In this document: positions 55,985-64,000 of the stretch, piece after piece
How the letters are laid out: every line of letters starts with the position of its first letter
Position numbering within the stretch: the stretch's first letter is position 1
Virus record (IMG/VR): IMGVR_UViG_3300033072_000187
Span: 1 to 64,000 of that record
Reading direction: 5' to 3' (one strand)
Length of the DNA stretch: 64,000 nt
DNA from: a virus
Taxonomy: Duplodnaviria; Heunggongvirae; Uroviricota; Caudoviricetes
The notes under the pieces: model-generated
The model's database searches: none
Seen by the model: only the letters and a program-made list of their open reading frames with translations
Told to the model about the DNA's origin: nothing
Made by a program: the position numbers and the translations under genes

Positions 55985-58900
55985 TTATCTACCTACTAGC
56001 GTAGGTTTAAGTCCAAAAGTATTTTTAGTAGAGTTATACATAGCACTACCGTGTCTAGCTTGCTCAGAGGAAACAGCATCAGCAATGGTAAGTTCAATTC
56101 TTCTGTTACCTCTACTATCAGTAACTTCTGTTTGATTCGTTACAGTAGTTTGAGTACCAGTATTATTGATAACTACACTTACACCAGACGAACTAGCGTT
56201 GTGCATACTTACACCCAATCTTCCACTATTATCCCTGCTCAAAGGCATAATAGCTTCAGGGCCAGCTTCGCCCATTAAACCAAACTTACCTCCATTGGCA
56301 AACTTTCCACCGAAGAGGGTAGGACTAGTTACAATACTATTGGTGAATACTCCTCCGTTAGCAAACTTTTGAATACCACCAGACCACACACCACCATTAG
56401 CTTGAAAAGCTAAGTCTTGAGAGGCTAACATGGAAGTCTGCTGACTACCCACATTTGTATCATATTTATTAGCAGTAGTAAAATTAGCAAAGGCAGAGCT
56501 AAATAATCCCCCTAATCCGCTAGTACTATTCCCCATTAAACCGACAACTTGTTGTTTAATCTGAATACGCAATAGATCAGAAATGATGCTAGTAGCAAAA
56601 TCACTAAAAGATAACTTACCTGTTTTTACAAACTGTAAAATACTATCTGTCATCCCATCAGCCATTTTACTAAATACGCTTTCAGCAAAACTAGCCGCTG
56701 TCATCGTATCATTCTTGTACTTCTCGTAAGTAACTTGCCAACCAGAACTAAAAGAGTTTCTTTCTTGATACTGCTTTCTTGCAAGATCGTCAATAATTTT
56801 TACTTTACTTTCGTAAAGAGATTGTTCTTCTTTTAAAGCACTATCACGATTTACCCCTTCAGGGATTTGTTGAATAATTCTTTCCCTGATTCTCTGATAC
56901 TTTTCTTGATACTTCAAAAGTATTTCATTGGCGTAAACATCTTCTTTACTAGCGCCAGCAGCTTCTGTTTTAAGTTTTAACTGATCTTCTAGTTCTTTAG
57001 TTTGAAGTCTAAAATCAGAGAGTAAATCTCTTGCGTTTTTAGCTTGAGCAGCATTCTCTTTATTTACACGTTCAATACCTTTCAGTTCTTCATCTAAACT
57101 TTTTCTTAGGTATTTATCAAATCCTTCCCTAACGGATTCTTTGTTATCTACCTTAGTCTTTGGTTTATCTGCTTTACCAAATATTTCTTCAGCCTTTGCC
57201 GAGAGGTATCTTTGTGTTTCATCTAAACTTCTTAACCCTGAGATTTGATCTTCTTGAGCTTTTGCTACAATAGTAACCCAATCTCTATTCTTTCTAGGAT
57301 TAAATGCTTCAAAATTCTCTCTTAACACTCTTTGGGTATCTGCCGGTGTAACTGATTTCCCCCCTAAAGGAGTAACCTTACCAGTAGAAGTCCTTTGACT
57401 TACACTGTTCGTTTGATTAGGAGCATTCGGTAAAGGTGACTCACCAGATAATAACTTAACGGCCATTCCTTGCCATGTTAAAGAATCTAGTTCTTTAAAT
57501 TTCATTGTAAAAGAAGCTAGTGAATTAGCTACTCTATTGAAACGTTCTGACATAGAATCTAAAAGCTCGTCAATCGGGCCTCTATTACTTTTTAAACTAC
57601 TCGTCATCTGCTCTAATGCTTTTCTATACTCGTCAATAAGTAAAGCAGAAGCCTTAGCAGTATTACCTTGTTCCAAGAAAGAATTAGTATTTTTAACTAT
57701 TTCCGGGGTTAAGAAACCTACCTCTTTATTTAAATCGTACATAGCCTTTAAAGGATCATCTTTTAAGGCACTTATTTTAGAAGCAGTTTTATCTACAGAT
57801 TGACCACCATATTTCTCAAACTCAACAAGAGTATTTGTCAGTTTAGAAAGTTCTGATTTAGGTAAATCTACTGTTTTAGATAATTCTATAAAAGCTTGTC
57901 CCGCTTTAAGTGTTCTTACACCTAGATCGTTCCCAATGAAATTTGAAACACTTAATAATTCTTCTTTAGATATTTTAGCATTGTTACCCATTAAAACTAA
58001 AGAATCAGCAAGTGTTTTTGATGTATTTGCAGCAGAGTACGCTGATGTCCCAAAGATGCCTAATGCTGCAATAGAAAGACCGATAGGGCTAGACAACATA
58101 GCAAAAGAGCTTATCAGAGCATCTTTTAGACCTTTACCAAGAGCTACGGCAGCTTCCTTAACACCTCCGAACAAGTCTTTTAATTGACCACCTTGTTGCA
58201 AGAATACTTGCATAGGAGGTTGTCCAGCAGCAAGAGAAGTAACAATATCAGTAATTTGCATAGGAACTTGACGCATAGCAAAAGCCATTTCTCTTGAACT
58301 TTTACCTACACGATTATTAGCCTCCCACATCTTATCTGAAGCGGTAAGGTATTCACTTAGTTGTTTTCTTCTTTCAAGAGACAGATCACCGACATCAACG
58401 CCTTTAGCTTTTAATCTGTCCATATATTTGCTTTCTTGCTGTTGCAAGAATTGAATTTTAGTTGCATTGACATTTTCCAAAGCCATAGATGCAACTTGTC
58501 TATTCATTCTATCTTTCTCTCTTTCGAGAGAAGCAAATATATCTTCCTCTGCTTTTTGTCTAGTTTTTACTTTCTTAATTTCATAAGATTGATAAGCTAA
58601 ATATTGTTGATTATAATTAATCTCAGGAATTTCTTTTTTAACTTCTACAGGCTTTACTTCTCTGTTCAGTCTTTTAAATTCCTTTTCTCTTTTTACCGCA
58701 TCAGCCTCTTGTGCTGCTTTTTGTTGTTTATCCCATATTTGGATTTCGTAATTTACAAGTTGATCAGTACCGTCCAAATGCTTTTTGTAATTTGCTAATT
58801 TCTTAGCATTAGATTCACTGAAACCTTTATTAACATAATCAACAACATATTGCTCTTTTAAAAGAATATCTTGTAGTTTTTTACTTTGTTTTTCTTCTTC

Positions 58901-59578
58901 AGATAAAACAACTTTTGCACTTGTTTTTGTAATAGGAGCTTCTTTTGTTTTAGCGGCAGATACAGCCTGTTGGGTTTCCAAGTACTTAGCTTGTTCTTCG
59001 GCAACTTTGGCTTTAAATGCCTGTAGGTCAGTACCTTTAGTATCCTTACCTGCTGCTTGCATCTTTGCTTCAACTTCAAGAGCAATCCTAGAATACTCTC
59101 TAAGTTCTTTACTTGATAAATGAAAGCCTTTTGAAAGTAAATCTTGTCTATTTTGTAACTCATTAAATTCTTGAGAAATACGTCTTACCGAACCAATAGC
59201 ACTATCGAACGGGTCTTTAACCAAAGGTCTTAACTTTGCTAATCTCGCTTCAATTTCCTGCATCTGGTCTTTAGTTGCACCTAAAGACCTTGCATATCTT
59301 AATATACTACTCTCACCTTTGGTGAATTCATTAGCTAAATCTAAGATAGTTTGATCTAATTTAGAATAGAGTTTATCTAATTTATCTACAGACTTATATT
59401 GTTCTTCAATAGATTTTGTATAAGATTTTACATGCGAATCTTGTTTGGGTTGTTGAACTCTTCTATTGGTTTCTTTACCTATTTGTTCAGTAGCTTTCTT
59501 TAAAGCATCTACTTGTTTTACAGCAGCATCTAACTGACTTGTATCTACTTGTAATTTTATGGCGTCTAATTCAAACAT
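55985..59578 (-). CDS. tail length tape measure protein
   Basis: 1197 aa, long coiled-coil N-terminus, Gly-rich C-terminus, follows the chaperone pair. Confidence 0.85.
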   Translation of the reverse strand: MFELDAIKLQVDTSQLDAAVKQVDALKKATEQIGKETNRRVQQPKQDSHVKSYTKSIEEQYKSVDKLDKLYSKLDQTILDLANEFTKGESSILRYARSLGATKDQMQEIEARLAKLRPLVKDPFDSAIGSVRRISQEFNELQNRQDLLSKGFHLSSKELREYSRIALEVEAKMQAAGKDTKGTDLQAFKAKVAEEQAKYLETQQAVSAAKTKEAPITKTSAKVVLSEEEKQSKKLQDILLKEQYVVDYVNKGFSESNAKKLANYKKHLDGTDQLVNYEIQIWDKQQKAAQEADAVKREKEFKRLNREVKPVEVKKEIPEINYNQQYLAYQSYEIKKVKTRQKAEEDIFASLEREKDRMNRQVASMALENVNATKIQFLQQQESKYMDRLKAKGVDVGDLSLERRKQLSEYLTASDKMWEANNRVGKSSREMAFAMRQVPMQITDIVTSLAAGQPPMQVFLQQGGQLKDLFGGVKEAAVALGKGLKDALISSFAMLSSPIGLSIAALGIFGTSAYSAANTSKTLADSLVLMGNNAKISKEELLSVSNFIGNDLGVRTLKAGQAFIELSKTVDLPKSELSKLTNTLVEFEKYGGQSVDKTASKISALKDDPLKAMYDLNKEVGFLTPEIVKNTNSFLEQGNTAKASALLIDEYRKALEQMTSSLKSNRGPIDELLDSMSERFNRVANSLASFTMKFKELDSLTWQGMAVKLLSGESPLPNAPNQTNSVSQRTSTGKVTPLGGKSVTPADTQRVLRENFEAFNPRKNRDWVTIVAKAQEDQISGLRSLDETQRYLSAKAEEIFGKADKPKTKVDNKESVREGFDKYLRKSLDEELKGIERVNKENAAQAKNARDLLSDFRLQTKELEDQLKLKTEAAGASKEDVYANEILLKYQEKYQRIRERIIQQIPEGVNRDSALKEEQSLYESKVKIIDDLARKQYQERNSFSSGWQVTYEKYKNDTMTAASFAESVFSKMADGMTDSILQFVKTGKLSFSDFATSIISDLLRIQIKQQVVGLMGNSTSGLGGLFSSAFANFTTANKYDTNVGSQQTSMLASQDLAFQANGGVWSGGIQKFANGGVFTNSIVTSPTLFGGKFANGGKFGLMGEAGPEAIMPLSRDNSGRLGVSMHNASSSGVSVVINNTGTQTTVTNQTEVTDSRGNRRIELTIADAVSSEQARHGSAMYNSTKNTFGLKPTLVGR

Positions 59579-59624
59579 ATTATCACCTTATTAATCTTTC
59601 TTTTTGAAAAGTACTCTAAAGAAT

Positions 59625-59658
59625 ACCTCTTAAAAAGAAAGGCTGCTTTTAGCAGCCT
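59625..59658 (-). terminator. intrinsic terminator/attenuator between chaperone and tape measure genes
   Basis: AGGCTGCT-aaa-AGCAGCCT perfect 8-bp stem followed by TTTCTTTTT on the minus strand. Confidence 0.45.
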
Positions 59659-59681
59659 AGTCTATTAATACTTATTATTTT

Positions 59682-60002
59682 TTAGTTCTTAGCGACCTTA
59701 GCATTTATGTAAGATAACTCCCAACAATCCAATAACTTGATTACTTTTACTTCTTCTACACTCAGTCTTAATCGCAGTAAATTACAGTAAGAATAAATTT
59801 CAGAATAAGATATAGGGTTGAATGAAAACCCATTACCTGTCCTAGAAAAGTTCAAATCATTGTATATTTCATATACAAAAGAAAAAACATCAGGAAGTGC
59901 TATACTTTCTAGTTCTTCTAGTTCTGGAGGTTTAACTCCGGTTTGTCTATAGACACTTTCCAAATGCTCTTTATTTGTACTTCCTGAAGAATTATCTTGC
60001 AA
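59682..60002 (-). CDS. tail assembly chaperone, downstream frame (no ATG; +1 frame relative to 60046..60450)
   Basis: No internal Met; frame opens 13 nt before the upstream stop; gpG/gpGT-like position. Confidence 0.4.
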   Translation of the reverse strand: MQDNSSGSTNKEHLESVYRQTGVKPPELEELESIALPDVFSFVYEIYNDLNFSRTGNGFSFNPISYSEIYSYCNLLRLRLSVEEVKVIKLLDCWELSYINAKVAKN

Positions 60003-60045
60003 CTTTAAATGATTATCAAAGTATTTTTTTAATCTTTCAATCTCT

Positions 60046-60450
60046 TCAGTTGAGAAAGTTGCTCAGGTTAGAGCTTTCCTCCATGATTACACTGATAGCC
60101 CAAGGATTTCTTTTAAGGAATTCTTCAACTGCTTCTTTTGAAAAAGGTTGTTCTTTACCACTCTTAACAAAACCTTTCCACGAGATAACACGGATTACAG
60201 CAGATTCCCTATTTTCATCTTCTACATCATCAGGCGTAGTTTCAACATCCTTACCTTTGCGTTCAGCAACCTTGGCTTTGATTTGGTATTCACTAATCTT
60301 TTTCTTTACAAAGTTTCTAACTGTAGGGCTATAATCACCACGAACTTTTAGGAAAGCTCCTGTAGGTTTTCCATCCGGCATTTTAAGTTCAAATTCATAT
60401 CCCTCTTCGGATTGTTCTACAGTATTGGTTTGGTCTAAATCAAAAGCCAT
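60046..60450 (-). CDS. tail assembly chaperone (gpG-like)
   Basis: Position between major tail and tape measure genes. Confidence 0.45.
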   Translation of the reverse strand: MAFDLDQTNTVEQSEEGYEFELKMPDGKPTGAFLKVRGDYSPTVRNFVKKKISEYQIKAKVAERKGKDVETTPDDVEDENRESAVIRVISWKGFVKSGKEQPFSKEAVEEFLKRNPWAISVIMEESSNLSNFLN

Positions 60451-60533
60451 TAAGTTCTCCTTAATTAAATAAAAGCGTATTATATTATTAATATACTAAA
60501 AATACAAGGAGATATTAATAGTTTAGATAAAAT

Positions 60534-60566
60534 AAAACCCCACCCTATTTCTAGGACGGGGTTGTT
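60534..60566 (-). terminator. intrinsic terminator after the major tail protein gene
   Basis: AACCCCGTC...GGGTGGGGTT stem followed by TTTTATTTTATC on the minus strand. Confidence 0.45.
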
Positions 60567-60576
60567 ATAAGTAATG

Positions 60577-61794
60577 TTAAGCTGCTTGACTATCCTGAAT
60601 ACTGATAGTGGTTTTCTCAGAAGAAACCCCTGTTCCACCATTAACATTCAACAGAGCAGTAAAATCAAAAGAAGCTACAACACCTTTAGTATCATCTGAC
60701 TTACTAGCAGAATTAACTTTTACACGAGGAAGTGCAAATGCTACAAAATCAGAGTTGGCAGTATTATCAGCGGTTAATACAATAGCAAGAGAAGCTTCTA
60801 CTTCATTAACGAACTTATCTCTATAAACTGCGTCAGTAAAATAAGCAGAGAAAGAACCAGTAATACCAATTCTACCAGTACTAGCATCAGCAGCTACGTT
60901 ACTACCAACGGCGTTAAGCATTGTTACTTCACGGTTAATAGTAAAGTTAATACTTGTCAATAGAGCAACAGCAGCACCATCTACAATCATAGCGCCATTA
61001 ACAGCAGCTAGACCTGATGTATTACCAATAGCTGTAGGTGTAGTAAAGTATCTACTAGTACCCGTTTGTGCTAGGTCTTTACCCATGAAAGAGAAATCAC
61101 AAGTAGAAAAGCCTGAAGTTGGAAGAGAGAAAGCGGCAGAATTACACTTTACCCCGGAATATACTTCAGATTGTGAAATATCACTATACCATTCTTCAAA
61201 AGAATAAGAAACATCTGTATGTCCTGTGGTGGGAGCAAATGTTTTCTTACCATATACCGTAGCAGCACAAGAAGCAATAGCTGATTGAGCTACTAGAGCA
61301 GTATTGTTAAGTACCTTAACAGTCAAAACAGTTGCTGTAGCACTCAATACCAGTAAGTTTTTACTTACGTTAGAAGCATTAAGGGAAGCTCCTGTAAGTT
61401 GTACTACATCCCCTACTTTAAACCCATCTGTAAGGTAAGAACCGGCTGATCTAGTTACATCCCAATTAGACCCGTTAGCTGCAATAGTCAATGTAAGAGC
61501 AGAGGCAGAAACACCGGAAGTAAAATCTCTTGCTACAACAGCGGAGATAAAATCGCTGTAAGAACCGGGAGATAACTCTCCATTGAGGCTACCTTTAGCT
61601 GATCTAGCGCCATGACGGGAAACGGCGGTCTGATAGTCAGTTCTAATTTCATTAGATTCATAAATATCTTTCTCTAAGTTAAAGCTAGCATTAACTCGTC
61701 TAATATCCTTAGCTCCGGTAGCTCCTGCTAAAGTACCCCAAGTACTTTCTCTTTTATAGCTTACCGACTTTCTAACTGCGTTTGCAATAGGCAT
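60577..61794 (-). CDS. major tail protein
   Basis: 405 aa, Ala/Ser/Thr/Gly-rich, directly upstream of the chaperones, flanked by a terminator. Confidence 0.55.
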   Translation of the reverse strand: MPIANAVRKSVSYKRESTWGTLAGATGAKDIRRVNASFNLEKDIYESNEIRTDYQTAVSRHGARSAKGSLNGELSPGSYSDFISAVVARDFTSGVSASALTLTIAANGSNWDVTRSAGSYLTDGFKVGDVVQLTGASLNASNVSKNLLVLSATATVLTVKVLNNTALVAQSAIASCAATVYGKKTFAPTTGHTDVSYSFEEWYSDISQSEVYSGVKCNSAAFSLPTSGFSTCDFSFMGKDLAQTGTSRYFTTPTAIGNTSGLAAVNGAMIVDGAAVALLTSINFTINREVTMLNAVGSNVAADASTGRIGITGSFSAYFTDAVYRDKFVNEVEASLAIVLTADNTANSDFVAFALPRVKVNSASKSDDTKGVVASFDFTALLNVNGGTGVSSEKTTISIQDSQAA

Positions 61795-61832
61795 TGTATT
61801 TCCTTTTAATAAACTTAATAATATTTACAAGA

Positions 61833-62240
61833 TTACTCAAATACATCACAAGTAAAATAAACTCTAATTCCTAGTAAGTATCTGTCTTGTCCTTGTACAG
61901 AAGAACCAACAGAAGGGGATTCATTTATTTCTATTCTTAATCCTCCTTGTATTAATACCGTTCCTCGTTTAAATAGATTAGCGATTGTTTCAGCTTTGTT
62001 ATATATTTCAGAAGTAGCTTTACCAGATGGATAATTTAGTATAGTAATAAATTCCCCTCTTTCTCTTCTATGTCCTGCCGGAATAGTAGGATTTAAAGGT
62101 TTATTAAATACTAATCTCACTTCTTGGTGTGCTACATTATCTTCCTCTTGAAACGGTACATTTTCCCAAGCAGTAGGAAAACTAGAATCAAGGTTATACA
62201 AAGCTGTTTCAAAAGCGGTTCTAATATCTGTATAGACCAT
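61833..62240 (-). CDS. tail terminator / head-tail joining protein (by position)
   Basis: Synteny. Confidence 0.35.
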   Translation of the reverse strand: MVYTDIRTAFETALYNLDSSFPTAWENVPFQEEDNVAHQEVRLVFNKPLNPTIPAGHRRERGEFITILNYPSGKATSEIYNKAETIANLFKRGTVLIQGGLRIEINESPSVGSSVQGQDRYLLGIRVYFTCDVFE

Positions 62241-62249
62241 TATCTGCCT

Positions 62250-62735
62250 CTATTGAATTACATTGTCTTTAAAACTAGCTGTAGCTGTATATATATTTCT
62301 TATTACAGAAGCCAAATGGTTTTTAACTCCACCGGGAGATTGAGGGCTTCTTACATAATCAAGATAAGGTGTATTATTTGTAATATAAATAGTTTCACCT
62401 AAATGATAATTTCTAAGACTAGATAATCCTTCAGACACAGCCTTGGTGGCAGTAGAAACATCACTTCTGTAATCTACGTCGTAGTCTGGAAAACCTACAG
62501 ATATGTTCCAGTTAGTTCTTAACATACCTTCTTCTAACGGGTACATTAAATCTACTTCGTGACGCATCAAATACCATGCAGAAAAAGCTCTACTGTCACC
62601 ATAAGGGGTTTCATTAATAATATCTTTAAGTATTTGCATTACCCACTGTTTAACAGCTTTTTCTAAACCCTTTGTTAATTCTTCTTTATATTTATCTATA
62701 GAAGAATTGAAATCTTTAGCATCTATAGAAAGCAT
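62250..62735 (-). CDS. tail completion protein (by position)
   Basis: Synteny. Confidence 0.35.
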   Translation of the reverse strand: MLSIDAKDFNSSIDKYKEELTKGLEKAVKQWVMQILKDIINETPYGDSRAFSAWYLMRHEVDLMYPLEEGMLRTNWNISVGFPDYDVDYRSDVSTATKAVSEGLSSLRNYHLGETIYITNNTPYLDYVRSPQSPGGVKNHLASVIRNIYTATASFKDNVIQ

Positions 62736-62746
62736 TATTTATCCAA

Positions 62747-63088
62747 TCAACAATGCAAAATATAAAGCACTAAATCACCTAAAGCAAAATGCTTTTCTAC
62801 TTTATTTACTGTAAATTCTTCTGTAGCATCTACAATGCTGTCATTTACTTTAAATTCAACACCATCATGTTTTTCTATATAAAACAAAGTAACATCTTTA
62901 ATAACAAATTGCCCATTATTAGAACTAGCTAATCTGTCATTAATTCTTGCAGCTTGTAATTGGTGTTGGACTACAGTAGTTGATACAGTTCCACCGGGAG
63001 TATATGAAGTAGAACTTTTACTTTTATAAGTTACTGTTCTACCATTTCTAGCAATTATCTTAGCTACTACTCTTTCAAATCTATTCAT
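62747..63088 (-). CDS. head-tail connector protein (by position)
   Basis: Synteny. Confidence 0.35.
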   Translation of the reverse strand: MNRFERVVAKIIARNGRTVTYKSKSSTSYTPGGTVSTTVVQHQLQAARINDRLASSNNGQFVIKDVTLFYIEKHDGVEFKVNDSIVDATEEFTVNKVEKHFALGDLVLYILHC

Positions 63089-63100
63089 TTAGAACTCCAA

Positions 63101-63490
63101 TCAAAACTCGAATGTTTTAATAGTAGAATCTAATGTTTGATATGAAAGCATATCTGCTTGACTGATACCACCAGCATAAACACTTGCGTTAGAGAATAAA
63201 GGATTTAACGTAGAACTTTTAATAAATAATTCTAAAGCTAATCTATATGATTCAGCAGCAGCCCTTCCCTTTAAACTGAGAATACCGATAACAGAATCAT
63301 CCTCCATTGATAGTTTAAATAAGATAGTTTTAGCTGCATCAATACTTGCTTTAGCAATACTGCTATAATTCTTTTCCAAGAAATAATTTATTTCATCGTC
63401 TGAAAGGATAGGGAAATTAATATCTATATCCCCTACTTCAGCTCTTACTTTACCTATATCTGTACTTAAATCAATAGTAGGTGCTGGCAT
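63101..63490 (-). CDS. head-tail adaptor protein (by position)
   Basis: Synteny. Confidence 0.35.
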   Translation of the reverse strand: MPAPTIDLSTDIGKVRAEVGDIDINFPILSDDEINYFLEKNYSSIAKASIDAAKTILFKLSMEDDSVIGILSLKGRAAAESYRLALELFIKSSTLNPLFSNASVYAGGISQADMLSYQTLDSTIKTFEF

Positions 63491-63540
63491 ATTAGTTATC
63501 CTTATTATTTAGATTAATAAGGGTAAATAACATTACCCTT

Positions 63541-63569
63541 AATCATAATAAAAGGGAGAAAATCTCCCT
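63541..63569 (-). terminator. intrinsic terminator
   Basis: AGGGAGA-ttt-TCTCCCT stem followed by TTTATTATG on the minus strand; a second hairpin lies at 63518-63542. Confidence 0.4.
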
Positions 63570-63573
63570 TTCT

Positions 63574-63801
63574 TTACTGATAATCTTCAGGTAATTGTTT
63601 TCTTTCAACTTCTGATAACCAAGCATTATAACAATGCTCTTTTTGCCAAAAGAATAAAAAATCAATTATCTTGTTGGGTAGAGTATTACCTTTTAACGCT
63701 TGTCTATAAGCTCTTGCAGAGAGAGTTTCATCAGACATACCACCGAGTAAAGTATTAAATAACTGATCTATCGCAATAGCTACTTGTAATAAATTATTCA
63801 T
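63574..63801 (-). CDS. hypothetical protein
   Basis: Track ORF; ATGA overlap. Confidence 0.4.
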   Translation of the reverse strand: MNNLLQVAIAIDQLFNTLLGGMSDETLSARAYRQALKGNTLPNKIIDFLFFWQKEHCYNAWLSEVERKQLPEDYQ

Positions 63802-63983
63802 TTTTGATGATCTCTAATAGCAGCTACAATACCAAGCATAATTTGAGCATAAGACATACTTACACCTAAATCTTCTCCAGTATTAGTATCGCTTAACCTT
63901 ACGGTATCAAGCATGTTACCTTGATGTACTTCAAAAGAGTTTTGATTCTCTGAACCAATCGCAGCATGAGAGCCATCTTTCAA
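63798..63983 (-). CDS. hypothetical protein (may continue beyond the window)
   Basis: Track ORF reaching the window edge. Confidence 0.4.
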   Translation of the reverse strand: MKDGSHAAIGSENQNSFEVHQGNMLDTVRLSDTNTGEDLGVSMSYAQIMLGIVAAIRDHQK

Positions 63984-64000
63984 AGGTACAAAATCTTGCT

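Overview
This 64-kb window looks like part of a tailed dsDNA bacteriophage genome. It is AT-rich (about 36-38% GC by eye) and organised as four strand-alternating gene blocks.

Block 1 (1-10217, + strand) is an early/accessory block. It holds three DNA methyltransferases of different families, an HNH homing endonuclease, a Ser/Thr phosphatase, a Pol-beta-type nucleotidyltransferase, an SPFH lipoprotein, a HAD-type nucleotidase and an H-NS-like protein.

A 1.7-kb non-coding region (10220-11900) lies between convergent terminators. It is full of 8-nt direct repeats (AAAATATC), palindromes, stable tetraloop hairpins and a ~180-nt tract with a single G.

Block 2 (11903-21931, - strand) is a second early block. 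It begins with a GC-richer, moron-like island driven by duplicated TTGACA-N16-TACAAT promoters. It also carries an HU-like protein, a dCMP deaminase and a secreted lytic transglycosylase (SLT).

Block 3 (22802-45782, +) is a DNA replication and nucleotide-metabolism block. It carries a DNA ligase, a T7 gp4-like primase-helicase, a family-B DNA polymerase split by a GIY-YIG endonuclease gene, an SSB-like protein, a flap endonuclease (FEN), a DnaQ-like exonuclease, a dUTPase, a ThyX, and a class II ribonucleotide reductase interrupted by a LAGLIDADG-bearing group I intron.

Block 4 (45858-63983, -) is a lambda-like late module. In transcription order it reads: head-tail joining genes, major tail protein, a chaperone pair, tape measure protein, small tail proteins M-like and L-like, a 1794-aa K/I/J-like fusion, a tail fiber, membrane proteins and an M15 endolysin.

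The host signals (lipoboxes, sigma70-like promoters, an H-NS homolog, AAGGAG ribosome-binding sites) suggest a Gram-negative, probably proteobacterial, host.

No tRNA, rRNA or CRISPR array was detected. All calls come from reading motifs in the supplied sequence and translations; no database search was run.
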